From Acidimicrobiales bacterium (lineage in GTDB: Bacteria > Actinomycetota > Acidimicrobiia > Acidimicrobiales > Iamiaceae), in NCBI GenBank assembly GCA_038233335.1, contig JBBSME010000001.1, forward strand, positions 3,278-67,277: 64,000 nucleotides of DNA. The letters run 5' to 3'. Under the pieces are notes generated by a model that was not told the DNA's origin, did not search any database, and saw nothing but the letters and a program-made list of their open reading frames with translations. Shown in pieces: positions 38,482 to 47,926 of this stretch. Position 1 is the stretch's first letter; each line of letters opens with the position of its first letter. Made by a program: the position numbers and the translations under genes.

Positions 38482-40074
38482 ATGCCCCGCCCCGGACTCG
38501 TGTTGGACGTCGACCGCTCGACGCCCCCGATGCTGTTCCACCACGGCGAGTCGTTCCGCCTGGAGAAGCTGCCCGCCGGTCGGAGCCGGGTCGTGTACCC
38601 GGCCGAGCCCCTCCCTGCGTTGGAGGACGTGGATGCCGCCATCGCCGATGCCCTCGACCACCCGCTCGACAGCGACCCGCTGGCCGCCCGCCTCACGTCC
38701 GGCATGAAGCTGGTGATCGCCTTCGACGACGTGTCGCTGCCGCTGCCCAAGATGCGCCGCCCCGACATCCGCCAGCGGGTGATCGAGGCCGTGCTCGACC
38801 GGGCCGCAGCCGCCGGCGTGGACGACGTCCGGATCATCGCCGCCCTGGCCCTGCACCGGCGCATGACCGAGGATGAGCTGCGCCACGCCGTCGGCGACCG
38901 CGTCTACGACACCTTTGCCCCCGAGGGTCGGCTCTACAACCACGACGCCGAGGACCCCGACGACCTGGCCTACCTGGGCGAGACGCCCCAGGGTGAGGAG
39001 GTCGAGATCAACCAGGCCGCGGCCGAGTCGGACCTGCTCGTCTACGTCAACATCAACATCGTCTCCATGGACGGCGGCCACAAGAGCACCGCCACCGGCC
39101 TGGCCAGCTACCGGTCGATCCGCCACCACCACAACCCGGCGACCATGGAGCACTCCCGGTCGTTCATGGACCGCCACGCCTCGGAGCTGCACCACGCCAA
39201 CTGGCGCATGGGCGAGGTGATCCGCAAGGCCGGCGTGAACATCTTCCAGATCGAGACCACCCTCAACAACGACACCTTCGGCGACAAGGGCCCCCTGTCG
39301 GTCCTGCAGAAGCGGGAGTGGGAGTGGTCGACCCGGGACCGGGTCACGTTCATGGGCATGCAGGCCGGGCTGAAGCGGATGAGCGCCAACAGCCGGCGAC
39401 GTGCCTTCCAGAGCTGGGAGGCGCCCTACGGGGTCACCTCGATCACCGCCGGCGCCGTCGAGCCGGTGCACGAGCGCACCCTGGAGCACTGCTTCGCCCA
39501 GCACCTGGTGCCGGTCGAGGGCCAGACGGACATCCTCACCATGGGGCTGCCCTACATCTGCCCCTACAACGTCGACTCGATCATGAACCCGATCCTGGTC
39601 ATGTGCCTGGGCCTCGGCTACTTCTTCAACATGTACCGGGGGCGGCCCCTGGTGCGCGAGGGCGGCGTGCTCATCATGAGCCACCCCACGCCGTGGGACT
39701 TCCACCCCGTGCACCACCCCAGCTACATCGACTTCTTCGAGGAGGTGCTGGCCGACACCACCGACGCGAAGGTGATCGCCGAGAAGTACGAGACCCGCTA
39801 CGCCGAGGACGAGTGGTACCGCCACCTCTACCGGACGAGCAACGCCTACCACGGCGTCCACCCCTTCTACATGTGGTACTGGGGCGCCCACGCCCTCCAG
39901 CACCTCGGCTCGGTGATCATCGTGGGCGGCGACGTGAGGGCGGTCCGCCGGTTGGGCTTCCGACCCGCCTCCACCCTCCAGGACGCGCTGGAGATGGCCA
40001 CCGACACCGTGGGCCCCCAGCCCACCGTGACGCACCTGCACAACCCGCCCATCGTCATGGCCGACGTCACGTGA
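38482..40074 (+). CDS. LarA/lactate racemase-domain protein (DUF2088)
   Basis: FDDVSLP, ALHRRM, NHD and GGHKS...GLASY...HHH motifs. Confidence 0.85.
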   Translation: MPRPGLVLDVDRSTPPMLFHHGESFRLEKLPAGRSRVVYPAEPLPALEDVDAAIADALDHPLDSDPLAARLTSGMKLVIAFDDVSLPLPKMRRPDIRQRVIEAVLDRAAAAGVDDVRIIAALALHRRMTEDELRHAVGDRVYDTFAPEGRLYNHDAEDPDDLAYLGETPQGEEVEINQAAAESDLLVYVNINIVSMDGGHKSTATGLASYRSIRHHHNPATMEHSRSFMDRHASELHHANWRMGEVIRKAGVNIFQIETTLNNDTFGDKGPLSVLQKREWEWSTRDRVTFMGMQAGLKRMSANSRRRAFQSWEAPYGVTSITAGAVEPVHERTLEHCFAQHLVPVEGQTDILTMGLPYICPYNVDSIMNPILVMCLGLGYFFNMYRGRPLVREGGVLIMSHPTPWDFHPVHHPSYIDFFEEVLADTTDAKVIAEKYETRYAEDEWYRHLYRTSNAYHGVHPFYMWYWGAHALQHLGSVIIVGGDVRAVRRLGFRPASTLQDALEMATDTVGPQPTVTHLHNPPIVMADVT

Positions 40075-40222
40075 GCGAGCGCAGCGAGTGAACCAGACAG
40101 CACAGCTCTCTCCCCGGCGCCGGCGAAGCCGGTGCCGCTCATTGGTGCCCGGCGATGAGCAGTGCGCTCGGGCCGTCCCACGGCGTCATGGTGCACCAAT
40201 GAGGGCACGGAAGGATGGCTGA
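40071..40222 (+). repeat. MIRU-like intergenic element with chained mini-ORFs and hairpins
   Basis: Starts GTGAGCGAGCGCAGCGAG; 11-bp inverted repeat at 40138-40148/40193-40203; GAA-loop hairpin at 40115-40137. Confidence 0.5.
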
Positions 40223-41198
40223 GAAGCGGACAGGGCCCACGCGGGTCGAGGTCGCGCTGCGCACCGCCCAGCGGCTCCAGCGCCGGCTCCCGAGCCCGGC
40301 GGCCGCCCTGCGCGCCACCGAGTTCCCGCTGCGGGCGCCGACGGTGCCCGGTGGGGTCGAGCCCCTGCCCGCGGCGAAGACCCTCGGTGCGGCCTACGAG
40401 ACCAGCTGGGCCCGGTCGCCGGCGGCCCGCCTGGGCCGCATGGCCATCCAGGAGGGAGCCATGCGACCCCTGGTCAAGGTGCTGGCCGACCCCGAGCGCC
40501 GCGGGTACGACCGCCTGGCCGGGCTCGACGGCCCGGCCATCTTCGCGGCCAACCACCTCAGCCACATCGATGCCGGGCTCCTGCTGACCTCGTTGCCGGA
40601 GCCCTGGCGGCGTCGGGCCTTCGCCGGTGCCGCCGCCGACTACTTCTTCGACACCCGGGTCAAGGCCACCATGGCCGCCCTCGCCCTCAACGCCATCCCC
40701 ATCGAGCGGGCCAAGGTGGGCCGCCGCTCCGCGGCGCTGGCCGCCGAGCTGATCGAGGACGGCTGGAGCATGGTCATCTTCCCCGAGGGGGGCCGCAGCC
40801 CCGATGGCTGGGCCCAGCCGTTCCGGGCCGGGGCCGCCTTCCTGTCCGTGCGCACCGGGGTCCCGGTCGTCCCGGTCCACCTGGAGGGGACGGGCCGGAT
40901 CCTGCCCAAGGGCACCTCCAAGCTCGTCCGTGGCTCCACCCGGGTCACCTTCGGCACGCCCCTGCGCCCAGGCCCCGACGAGGACATGCGCGACCTCTCG
41001 GTCCGCATCGAGGCCGCGGTGGGCGCCCTGGCCGACGAGGTCAGTGGCGACTGGTACGCAGCCCGACGCCGAGCCCACGCCGGCGACAGCCCCTCGCTCA
41101 CCGGACCCGATGCCAGCGCCTGGCGACGGGCCTGGGCCCTGGGCGACCGCCGCTCCCACCGCCGCCGTCGCCGCGAGCCCTGGCCCCTGCGGGACTGA
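40215..41198 (+). CDS. Lysophospholipid (PlsC-type) acyltransferase
   Basis: NHLSHID, FPEGGRS and VPVVP motifs. Confidence 0.92.
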   Translation: MAEKRTGPTRVEVALRTAQRLQRRLPSPAAALRATEFPLRAPTVPGGVEPLPAAKTLGAAYETSWARSPAARLGRMAIQEGAMRPLVKVLADPERRGYDRLAGLDGPAIFAANHLSHIDAGLLLTSLPEPWRRRAFAGAAADYFFDTRVKATMAALALNAIPIERAKVGRRSAALAAELIEDGWSMVIFPEGGRSPDGWAQPFRAGAAFLSVRTGVPVVPVHLEGTGRILPKGTSKLVRGSTRVTFGTPLRPGPDEDMRDLSVRIEAAVGALADEVSGDWYAARRRAHAGDSPSLTGPDASAWRRAWALGDRRSHRRRRREPWPLRD

Positions 41199-41387
41199 GC
41201 CCAGGGCAGACGGACCGGTCGTTGCCGCAGCCTGTGCCGCGCCGCTCAAGCTCACGGTGCGGCTCGGGACCCCTCCCGGTGTCGCTCCCGGCCGTCAGGC
41301 GTCGGGGGTCCAGCGGAGGATGCGGTCGCCCTGGACGTAGACGATGTCACCGCCGTCCACCACCGCGACCAGCGGTGACGGGTCGGG

Positions 41388-41786
41388 TCAACCGCCGGGA
41401 CCGCGGCCGCCGCCAGTGGTGCCGGTCCCCGCATCGAGGCAGCCACTGATGGCGTCGGCGAAGTCGGTGGCCAGGCGCTCGTCGATGTCCTCGACGCTCT
41501 CGGCCCCGATGACCTCGTCGATCTGGTCGTCGTCGAGCTCCTCGCGGAGCCGCTCGGCGCCGCAGGTGGCCTCCTCCGGCTCGTAGCCGTTGTTGAGGAG
41601 AGCCTGTTCCAGCTCGTCGTCGCTGGTGGGGGATTCGGTGGTCGTCGCCGCCGGCTCGGTGGTGGGTGCGGTCGACGTGGCGCGATCAGCGACGTCGTCG
41701 GGCACCTCCACCCCGCACCCCGCGGTCACGAGGAGGGCCATGGCCACCCCGGCGACGACGCCCGCGCACCGGTCCGGCGCCCTCAC
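41388..41786 (-). CDS. Acidic lipoprotein
   Basis: LVTAGC lipobox, Thr-rich linker and two-Cys helical domain; GTGA overlap. Confidence 0.7.
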   Translation of the reverse strand: MRAPDRCAGVVAGVAMALLVTAGCGVEVPDDVADRATSTAPTTEPAATTTESPTSDDELEQALLNNGYEPEEATCGAERLREELDDDQIDEVIGAESVEDIDERLATDFADAISGCLDAGTGTTGGGRGPGG

Positions 41787-42139
41787 TGGGCCACCGCGCA
41801 CGTGGCGATGGACGCGGTGAGGGACGCGGCCTGGTCGGGCGGCAGGTCGTCGATCGCGACCACGCCGAGGTCGATGGCCTGCAGCTGGTCGTCGAGGTCG
41901 CCGATGTCCGCGGCCGGCACCCGGCGCTCCAGCTGCTCGCGGACGCACCCCACCTGGTCCGACGAGAACTGGTACTCGGAGGTGAGAAACCCCAGCGAGG
42001 CCTCCAGTCGCGCCGTGCCGTCGGCCGAGGCGGCACCGTCGTCACCACATGCGCTGAACGAGGACAGAGCCCCGACAGCAGCCACCAGCGCGGCCCGGCG
42101 CAGGGCCGCGGGGCTGGTCAGAGGGCGATGGGTGAGCAC
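41783..42139 (-). CDS. Lipoprotein
   Basis: FSAC lipobox and two-Cys helical domain. Confidence 0.7.
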   Translation of the reverse strand: MLTHRPLTSPAALRRAALVAAVGALSSFSACGDDGAASADGTARLEASLGFLTSEYQFSSDQVGCVREQLERRVPAADIGDLDDQLQAIDLGVVAIDDLPPDQAASLTASIATCAVAQ

Positions 42140-42217
42140 CCGTCGAGTCTGGCACGACGGGCCGATCCGACGAGGGCCACCCGGTGTCGGGGGGCAGCCC
42201 CCGCTAGGTTCCGCGCC

Positions 42218-42864
42218 ATGCCCCTCGACCTCACCCCCGACGAGCTGCTGACCACCACCCGCAGCGTCCGCAAGCGGCTGGACCTCGACCGGGACGCGCC
42301 CCCGGAGGTGGTGGCCGAGTGCATCGAGCTGGCCCTCCAGGCCCCGTCAGGGTCCAACTCGCAGTCCTGGCACTGGATGGTGGTCACCGACCCGGCCAAG
42401 CGCCAGGCCCTGGCCGACCTCTACGCCCGCCACTTCGATCCGTACATCGCGGCCTCCGAGGAGGCCTCGCCCTACCCCGCATCGGATCCGCGCGCCGCGT
42501 CGGCACCCCGGGTCAGCGCCTCGGCGAAGTACCTCCGCAACCACCTCCACGAGGTGCCCGTCCTCGTCATCCCCTGTCAGTGGGGCCGCATGGAGGGGCC
42601 GACTCCTTCAGCCAGGCCAGCTTCTGGGGATCGATCCTCCCTGCCGCCTGGAGCTTCATGCTGGCCCTGCGCAGCCGGGGCCTCGGATCTTCGTGGACCA
42701 CGCTCCACCTCCCGTCCGAGGCCGAGGCGGCCGAGATCCTCGGCATCCCCTACGACAAGGTGACCCAGGCCGGCCTGTTCCCCGTGGCCTACACCATCGA
42801 CACCTCGTTCAAGCCGGCAACCCGGGTGGATCCGGCCCGGCTCATCCACTGGGGCACCTGGTAG
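42218..42864 (+). pseudogene. Nitroreductase family protein with a 1-nt deletion near 42598 (possibly an assembly error)
   Basis: LTTTRSVRKRLD and QAPSGSNSQ; continues in another frame as SILPAAWSFMLALRSRGLG; one G missing in GAGGGGCC. Confidence 0.8.
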
Positions 42865-42882
42865 GTGGCCCCGCCCACGACC

Positions 42883-43650
42883 TCAGCCCGGGTCGGGCTC
42901 CACCAGCCGCAGGCCGCTGGGCCCGATCGACACCTCCGGGTGGGGAAGGTCGACCGTGAACGCACTGCGGTGCCCGGGGAAGACGTACTCCGCCACCAGG
43001 ACGGGCCGACCGGTGGCATCGGCGGTGACCCGCTCGCACACCAGCACCGGCGAGGACTCCGGGATCTCCAGGAGCTCCGCATCGGTCGAGGATGCGGCGT
43101 GGGCCTCGATGGTCTGCACCGCGCCGCCGAAGCGGACCGGGAGCAGCTCGTGGAACGAGTGCTGGGCGACCTGGGTCCGCGAGACGTCCGCCCCCAGCTC
43201 TTCGGGGCACCACACCGTGACCCGGGCGAAGGGCTCGCCATCGGCCAGGTTCACCCGCACCACGCGCAGCACCTTGTCGACCGCCAGGACCTCGTGCACC
43301 CGGGCCGGCGGACGGATGAAGCCGAACTCCAAGATCCGCCGCTCCGACCGACGGCCGTCCTCCTCCAGCTGCGCCTCGATGGTGCCGAGCCGAGCCAGGT
43401 GCTGGCGGAACGGCGTCCCGGCCACGAACCACCCGAACCCTTGGCGGGCATCGACGAGGCCCTCCCCCCGAAGGTGGTCGAGGGCCTTGCGCACCGTCAC
43501 CCGGCTGGCCTCGTACCGGGTCGACAGCTCGGACTCGCTGGGGAGGATGCGGCGGTCGCCGAACTCCCCGGCATCGATCCGCGACCGGAGGTCCGCCGCG
43601 ATCTCCCGGTAGCGGATGCGGCGCGCCGGTCGCGGAGCGGGAGTCGTCAT
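42883..43650 (-). CDS. GntR/HutC-family regulator (UTRA domain)
   Basis: LPSESEL, SRVTVRKAL and QGFGWFV motifs; UTRA C-terminus. Confidence 0.93.
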   Translation of the reverse strand: MTTPAPRPARRIRYREIAADLRSRIDAGEFGDRRILPSESELSTRYEASRVTVRKALDHLRGEGLVDARQGFGWFVAGTPFRQHLARLGTIEAQLEEDGRRSERRILEFGFIRPPARVHEVLAVDKVLRVVRVNLADGEPFARVTVWCPEELGADVSRTQVAQHSFHELLPVRFGGAVQTIEAHAASSTDAELLEIPESSPVLVCERVTADATGRPVLVAEYVFPGHRSAFTVDLPHPEVSIGPSGLRLVEPDPG

Positions 43651-43768
43651 GGCCGCCGACGGTAGGCCCCAGGGTGGACCCGGACAACGATGCGGACGGG
43701 CGCCCCGGCCGAACCCCCTGGCCCCACCCACCCGGGAGGCCACTGCTCGACGTCGCGGTGACCATCGA

Positions 43769-43795
43769 CCAATCCCCGCGCCGGTCGGGACCGAA
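43769..43795 (+). promoter_or_regulatory. SigK-type promoter motif CCAATCC-N15-CCGAA
   Basis: Resembles the recalled mycobacterial SigK consensus; lies upstream of sigK. Confidence 0.45.
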
Positions 43796-44025
43796 CGATG
43801 GATGGTGCCGGTCACCTTCGGGACCACTGGACCGGTGTGGGGGGTGCCACGAGTGGGCCCGGCCACCCGGTCGGTCCCGCTCGCGGCCCTCAGCCATGAC
43901 AGAGCACAACACGAGCCGACGGACAGGAGGCGAGGCGAACACATGCGCAGATCCGCCCTACGCTCCACCGCGTGCCCCCTCCCGCCGACGTGCAGTCCGA
44001 CGGTCTCACCGGACTGCGGCGTCTG

Positions 44026-44619
44026 ATGCCGGCCCGTGCCCGCCGCCACCTCCGCCCCGTCCCCACTGATGCGACCGGCAACGCCGACAACCTTCTCGCC
44101 TCCGTCGCTCGGGGGGATGCCGACGCCTTCGCCGGCCTGTACGACCTGGTCAGCCCGACCGTGGTCGGCGTCGCCCGTCGCGTCGTCCGGGACCCGGACC
44201 AGGCTGACGAGGTGGCCCAAGAGGTCATGCTCGAGGTCTGGCGGCTGGCGCCCACCTACGACCCGGCCAAGGGGTCCTGCAAGACCTGGGTCGCCACCAT
44301 CGCCCACCGCCGGGCCGTCGATCGGGTCCGCAGCGAGCAGGCCGAGCGCGACCGCCGGGTCCGAGACGCCGAGCGCAACGGCGCCGGCGATCCTGATCCG
44401 GTGGCCGGCGAGGTGGCCGACGACGCCGAACGGGCCGAGGTGACCGCCGCCCTCGACCAGCTCACGGACCGCCAACGCCAGACGATCGAGCTCGCCTACT
44501 ACGGCGGGTACACCTACGCCCAGGTCGCCGACATCCTCGAGCTCCCCCTGGGCACCGTCAAGACCCGCATCCGTGACGGGATGATCCGACTCCGCGACAC
44601 GCTGGAGATGGCGCAGTGA
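44026..44619 (+). CDS. sigK: ECF sigma factor SigK-like
   Basis: EVAQEVMLEVWR, AHRRAVDRVRS, LAYYGG and GTVKTRIRDG motifs. Confidence 0.88.
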   Translation: MPARARRHLRPVPTDATGNADNLLASVARGDADAFAGLYDLVSPTVVGVARRVVRDPDQADEVAQEVMLEVWRLAPTYDPAKGSCKTWVATIAHRRAVDRVRSEQAERDRRVRDAERNGAGDPDPVAGEVADDAERAEVTAALDQLTDRQRQTIELAYYGGYTYAQVADILELPLGTVKTRIRDGMIRLRDTLEMAQ

Positions 44620-45314
44620 CCGCTGACCCCCACACCCTCGTCGGGCCCTACGTGCTCGACGCACTCCCCCACGAAGAGCGCGACGCGTTCGAGAGCCACC
44701 TCTCGACCTGCGGTGACTGCCGGGCCGAGGCGGAGGAGCTCCTGGCCACGGCCGGCCAGCTGGGCCAGGCCACCGCCGTCGTGCCCTCCCCCGACCTCCG
44801 GGACCGGGTCCTGGCCCAGGCCGCCCAGACCCGCCAGGTGCCCCCCGGTGGACACCGCCTCGACATCGCCCCGCCCCGTCGGAGCTGGCCCCTGGCCCTG
44901 GCCGCGGCGGCCGCCATCGCCGTGGTCGTCGCCCTGGGTGCCCTCGTCCTCCAGGCCGACCACCGGGCCGACCAGGCCGAGCAGGTGGCCACCATCGTGT
45001 CCTCCCCCGATGCGCAGTCCGTCGAGATGGCGGCCGGCGACGCCGGTTCCATGAAGCTGGTCGTGTCCCAGGACCACGGCGGCTCGGTCATCCTGGCCGA
45101 CGGCATGGCCGAACCGCCCACCGGCAAGGCCTACGCCCTCTGGTTCCAGGTCGACGGCGAGATGCAGCCAGCCGGCACGTTCGCTCCCGACGCCGACGGT
45201 CAGGTCCGCCAGACCGTCGACGACGTCCCCGTCGACGTCGTCGGGATCACCATCGAGGATGCGGCTGGCGCCGACGAGCCCACCCTCCCGATCATCGCCT
45301 CGGGAACCATCTAG
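44616..45314 (+). CDS. rskA: Anti-sigma factor RskA-like
   Basis: HLxxCxxC, TM segment and KAYALW; coupled to sigK. Confidence 0.85.
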   Translation: MTADPHTLVGPYVLDALPHEERDAFESHLSTCGDCRAEAEELLATAGQLGQATAVVPSPDLRDRVLAQAAQTRQVPPGGHRLDIAPPRRSWPLALAAAAAIAVVVALGALVLQADHRADQAEQVATIVSSPDAQSVEMAAGDAGSMKLVVSQDHGGSVILADGMAEPPTGKAYALWFQVDGEMQPAGTFAPDADGQVRQTVDDVPVDVVGITIEDAAGADEPTLPIIASGTI

Positions 45315-47257
45315 GCGTTTCGAGCTCGGGCGAGGGCGGCGAAGGGGGTGAGGCTGGCGGGGTCGGTGAGGGCGTCGGGGGAGACGGCGTCGTCGACGGG
45401 CGTGCCGGTCAGGATGCGCTTGATCGGCACCTCCAGCTTCTTGCCCGAGAGGGTGCGGGGGATGGCGTCCACCACCTCCAACCGGTCCGGGACGTGCCGC
45501 GGCGACAGCTCCCGCCGCAGCGCCGTGGCGATGCGTCCCGAGAGGTCGTCATCGGATGACGCGCCCGGAGCGAGGGCCACGAAGAGGAGCAGCTCCCCCG
45601 CTCCCCCGTCGTCGCCCTCCAGGTGCACCACCAGGCTGTCGGCTACCTCGGGCAGGGCCTCTACCACCGTGTAGAAGTCGCTGGTGCCCAGGCGCACCCC
45701 GCCCCGGTTGAGGGTGGCGTCGGACCTACCGGTGATCACCACCGAGCCGTCGTCCCGGAAGGTGATCCAGTCGCCGTGACGCCACATCCCGGGGATGTCC
45801 TCGAAGTAGGCCGCCCGGTAGCGCGACCCGTCGTCATCGCCCCAGAACCCCACCGGCATCGACGGCATCGGTCGCCGGAGCACGAGCTCCCCCATCTCGT
45901 CCGGGGGGCAGGGTGAGCCGTCGGGCCGCACCGCGGCGACGTCGCAGCCCAGCAGGGCACACGAGATCTCCCCGGCCCGGACCGGGAGGAGCGGCGAGGT
46001 CCCGAGGAACGCGGTGCAGACGTCGGTGCCGCCGCTGACCGACGACACCGGGACGCCGACCGCGTCGCTCACCCAGCGGAACCCGTCGGCCGGGAGAGGC
46101 GCGCCAGTCGAGCCCACCCACCGCAGCTCGCCCCGCGGCGGCTCGAGTCCCTGCTTGCGGCAGGCCATCAGGAACGGTGCCGACGCCCCCAGCACCGTGG
46201 TGCCGGTCTCCTCGGCGAGGGCCCAGAGGGCGCCCAGGTCGGGATGGGCCGGATCCCCGTCGAAGAGGACGATGGTGGACCCGACCAGCAACCCCGACAC
46301 CAGGTAGTTCCACATCATCCACCCGGTGGTGGTGAACCAGCAGAAGCGGTCGGCGGGGGTGAGGTCCTGGTGGAGGGAGAGAACCTTGAGGTGCTCGAGG
46401 GTGATGCCTCCGTGGCCGTGGACGATGGCCTTCGGGAGCCCGGTCGTGCCCGAGCTGAAGAGCACGTAGAGCGGGTGGTCGAACGGGACCGCGGCGAAGG
46501 TCGGTGGCCCCGGGTCGGGTCCGGCCAGCAGGTCCGACCAGTCGTCGGGGCCGTCCGGCTCGAGGTAGGGGATCCGGACCGTGTGGCGGAGGCCGGGCAG
46601 GGCGGCCTTGATGGCCTCCACCTCGTCGCCCCGGTCGATGGCGCGAGACCCGTAGCGGTAGCCGTCGACGACGAGCAGGACGACGGGATCGATCTGGCTG
46701 AAGCGGTCGATGACCGAGCGGGTGCCGAACTCAGGGGCGCAGCTGGACCACACCGCCCCCAGCGAGGCGGTGGCGAGGAAGGCCACCAGGGTCTCGGGGA
46801 TGTTGGGGGCGTAGGCCGCCACCCGGTCGCCCTCGCCCACCCCCAGGCGCGCCAGGCCGGCGGCGCAGCGGGCCACCTGGTGGGCCAGCTCGGCCCAGGT
46901 CAGCTCGCTCGCTCCCCGGGTCTGGCTGCGGGCCACGACGGCCACCTCGCCCGGGCGCACCTCCGCCGCGGCCAGGGCGTGCTCGGCGTAGCTCAGCTCG
47001 CCACCGGGGAACCACCGGGCCCCCGGCATGTCCCGCGCGCCCAGGACGCGGTTCGGGCGCCGGTGCCACCGCACCTCCAGATCCTCCGCCACCGCGGCCC
47101 AGAACCCGTCTTGGTCCGCGACCGACCAACGGTGGAGGGAGGCGTAGTCGTCGTGGCCGTGACGGGTGGCGAAGCGCCCCGCGGCGGTCGTGGTCCAGGT
47201 GTCGGCGGGCGGGGTCCAGAGCACCTCGCCGCGGTCCTGGTCGTCGGAGGGAGCCAT
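45311..47257 (-). CDS. Acetoacetate--CoA ligase
   Basis: SSGTTGLPK, TTGWMMWN, SGGTD and GRSDATLNRGGVR motifs. Confidence 0.93.
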   Translation of the reverse strand: MAPSDDQDRGEVLWTPPADTWTTTAAGRFATRHGHDDYASLHRWSVADQDGFWAAVAEDLEVRWHRRPNRVLGARDMPGARWFPGGELSYAEHALAAAEVRPGEVAVVARSQTRGASELTWAELAHQVARCAAGLARLGVGEGDRVAAYAPNIPETLVAFLATASLGAVWSSCAPEFGTRSVIDRFSQIDPVVLLVVDGYRYGSRAIDRGDEVEAIKAALPGLRHTVRIPYLEPDGPDDWSDLLAGPDPGPPTFAAVPFDHPLYVLFSSGTTGLPKAIVHGHGGITLEHLKVLSLHQDLTPADRFCWFTTTGWMMWNYLVSGLLVGSTIVLFDGDPAHPDLGALWALAEETGTTVLGASAPFLMACRKQGLEPPRGELRWVGSTGAPLPADGFRWVSDAVGVPVSSVSGGTDVCTAFLGTSPLLPVRAGEISCALLGCDVAAVRPDGSPCPPDEMGELVLRRPMPSMPVGFWGDDDGSRYRAAYFEDIPGMWRHGDWITFRDDGSVVITGRSDATLNRGGVRLGTSDFYTVVEALPEVADSLVVHLEGDDGGAGELLLFVALAPGASSDDDLSGRIATALRRELSPRHVPDRLEVVDAIPRTLSGKKLEVPIKRILTGTPVDDAVSPDALTDPASLTPFAALARARNA

Positions 47258-47290
47258 CGGCGCCGAGCGTAGGCACCAGAGGCGGGCCGC

Positions 47291-47347
47291 GGGTCGGCCG
47301 GGTCGGCCGGGTCCGGCCGGGTTCGGCCGGGTTCGGCCGGGTTCGGC
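47291..47347 (+). repeat. Short tandem repeat (GGGT(T/C)CGGCC, about 6 units)
   Basis: 9-10-bp units seen directly. Confidence 0.75.
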
Positions 47348-47444
47348 GCCGCCGAGGGTGAGACGCGAGCGAGCGCCCGGGCCCGGGGGCGCCGGCGGTC
47401 GCAGTCGGCCTGGGTGTCGGGCGGTGCCCGCCGGCGGGGTCGGC

Positions 47445-47867
47445 TCAGCTGGGCGGGTAGACGCCCATGTCCTTGGCCTTGTCGGTCTGCCAGAAGATGC
47501 CGGCGATCTCGTCGATGTGGTCGACCAGCTGCTGGCTGACGGCCGGGTCCATGGACTTCTTGGCCTCACCGGCCTGGTGGGTTGCCTTCCAGAACAGCTC
47601 GTGGAGCTGGGGGAACTCCTCGAAGTGGGCCGGGGCGAAGAAGTCGGCCCAGAGCACCATCAGGTGGTGCTTGCAGATCTCGGCCCGCTCCTCCTTGAGG
47701 AAGATGGACCGGGCCCGGAAGACCTCGTCGTCGGAGTCCGCGTACTTCTTGGCGATCTTGAGGCACGAGAGGGCCTCGATCTTGGCCTGGGCTGGGTCGT
47801 ACACGCCGCAGTAGAGGTCGCAGTGGGCGTGGGCCTCGGCGGCGCCGGAGAAGAACTTGTCGAGCAT
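47445..47867 (-). CDS. sodN: Nickel superoxide dismutase precursor
   Basis: 14-aa leader then Ni-hook HCDLYCGVYDP; KHHLMVLWADFF. Confidence 0.93.
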   Translation of the reverse strand: MLDKFFSGAAEAHAHCDLYCGVYDPAQAKIEALSCLKIAKKYADSDDEVFRARSIFLKEERAEICKHHLMVLWADFFAPAHFEEFPQLHELFWKATHQAGEAKKSMDPAVSQQLVDHIDEIAGIFWQTDKAKDMGVYPPS

Positions 47868-47926
47868 GGGTGACTCCCTGGTCAGAGCGTGCGATCCGTT
47901 CGAGGTCGAACCTACACTCTGATCGC

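Noticed and set aside
41296-41387. Protein-like tail (LVAVVDGGDIVYVQGDRILRWTPDA) after the lipoprotein stop
   Set aside because: Too short to tell a gene remnant from chance
47291-47347. Iteron or regulatory role for the short tandem repeat
   Set aside because: GC-rich slippage-type repeat with no rep gene or AT-rich origin nearby
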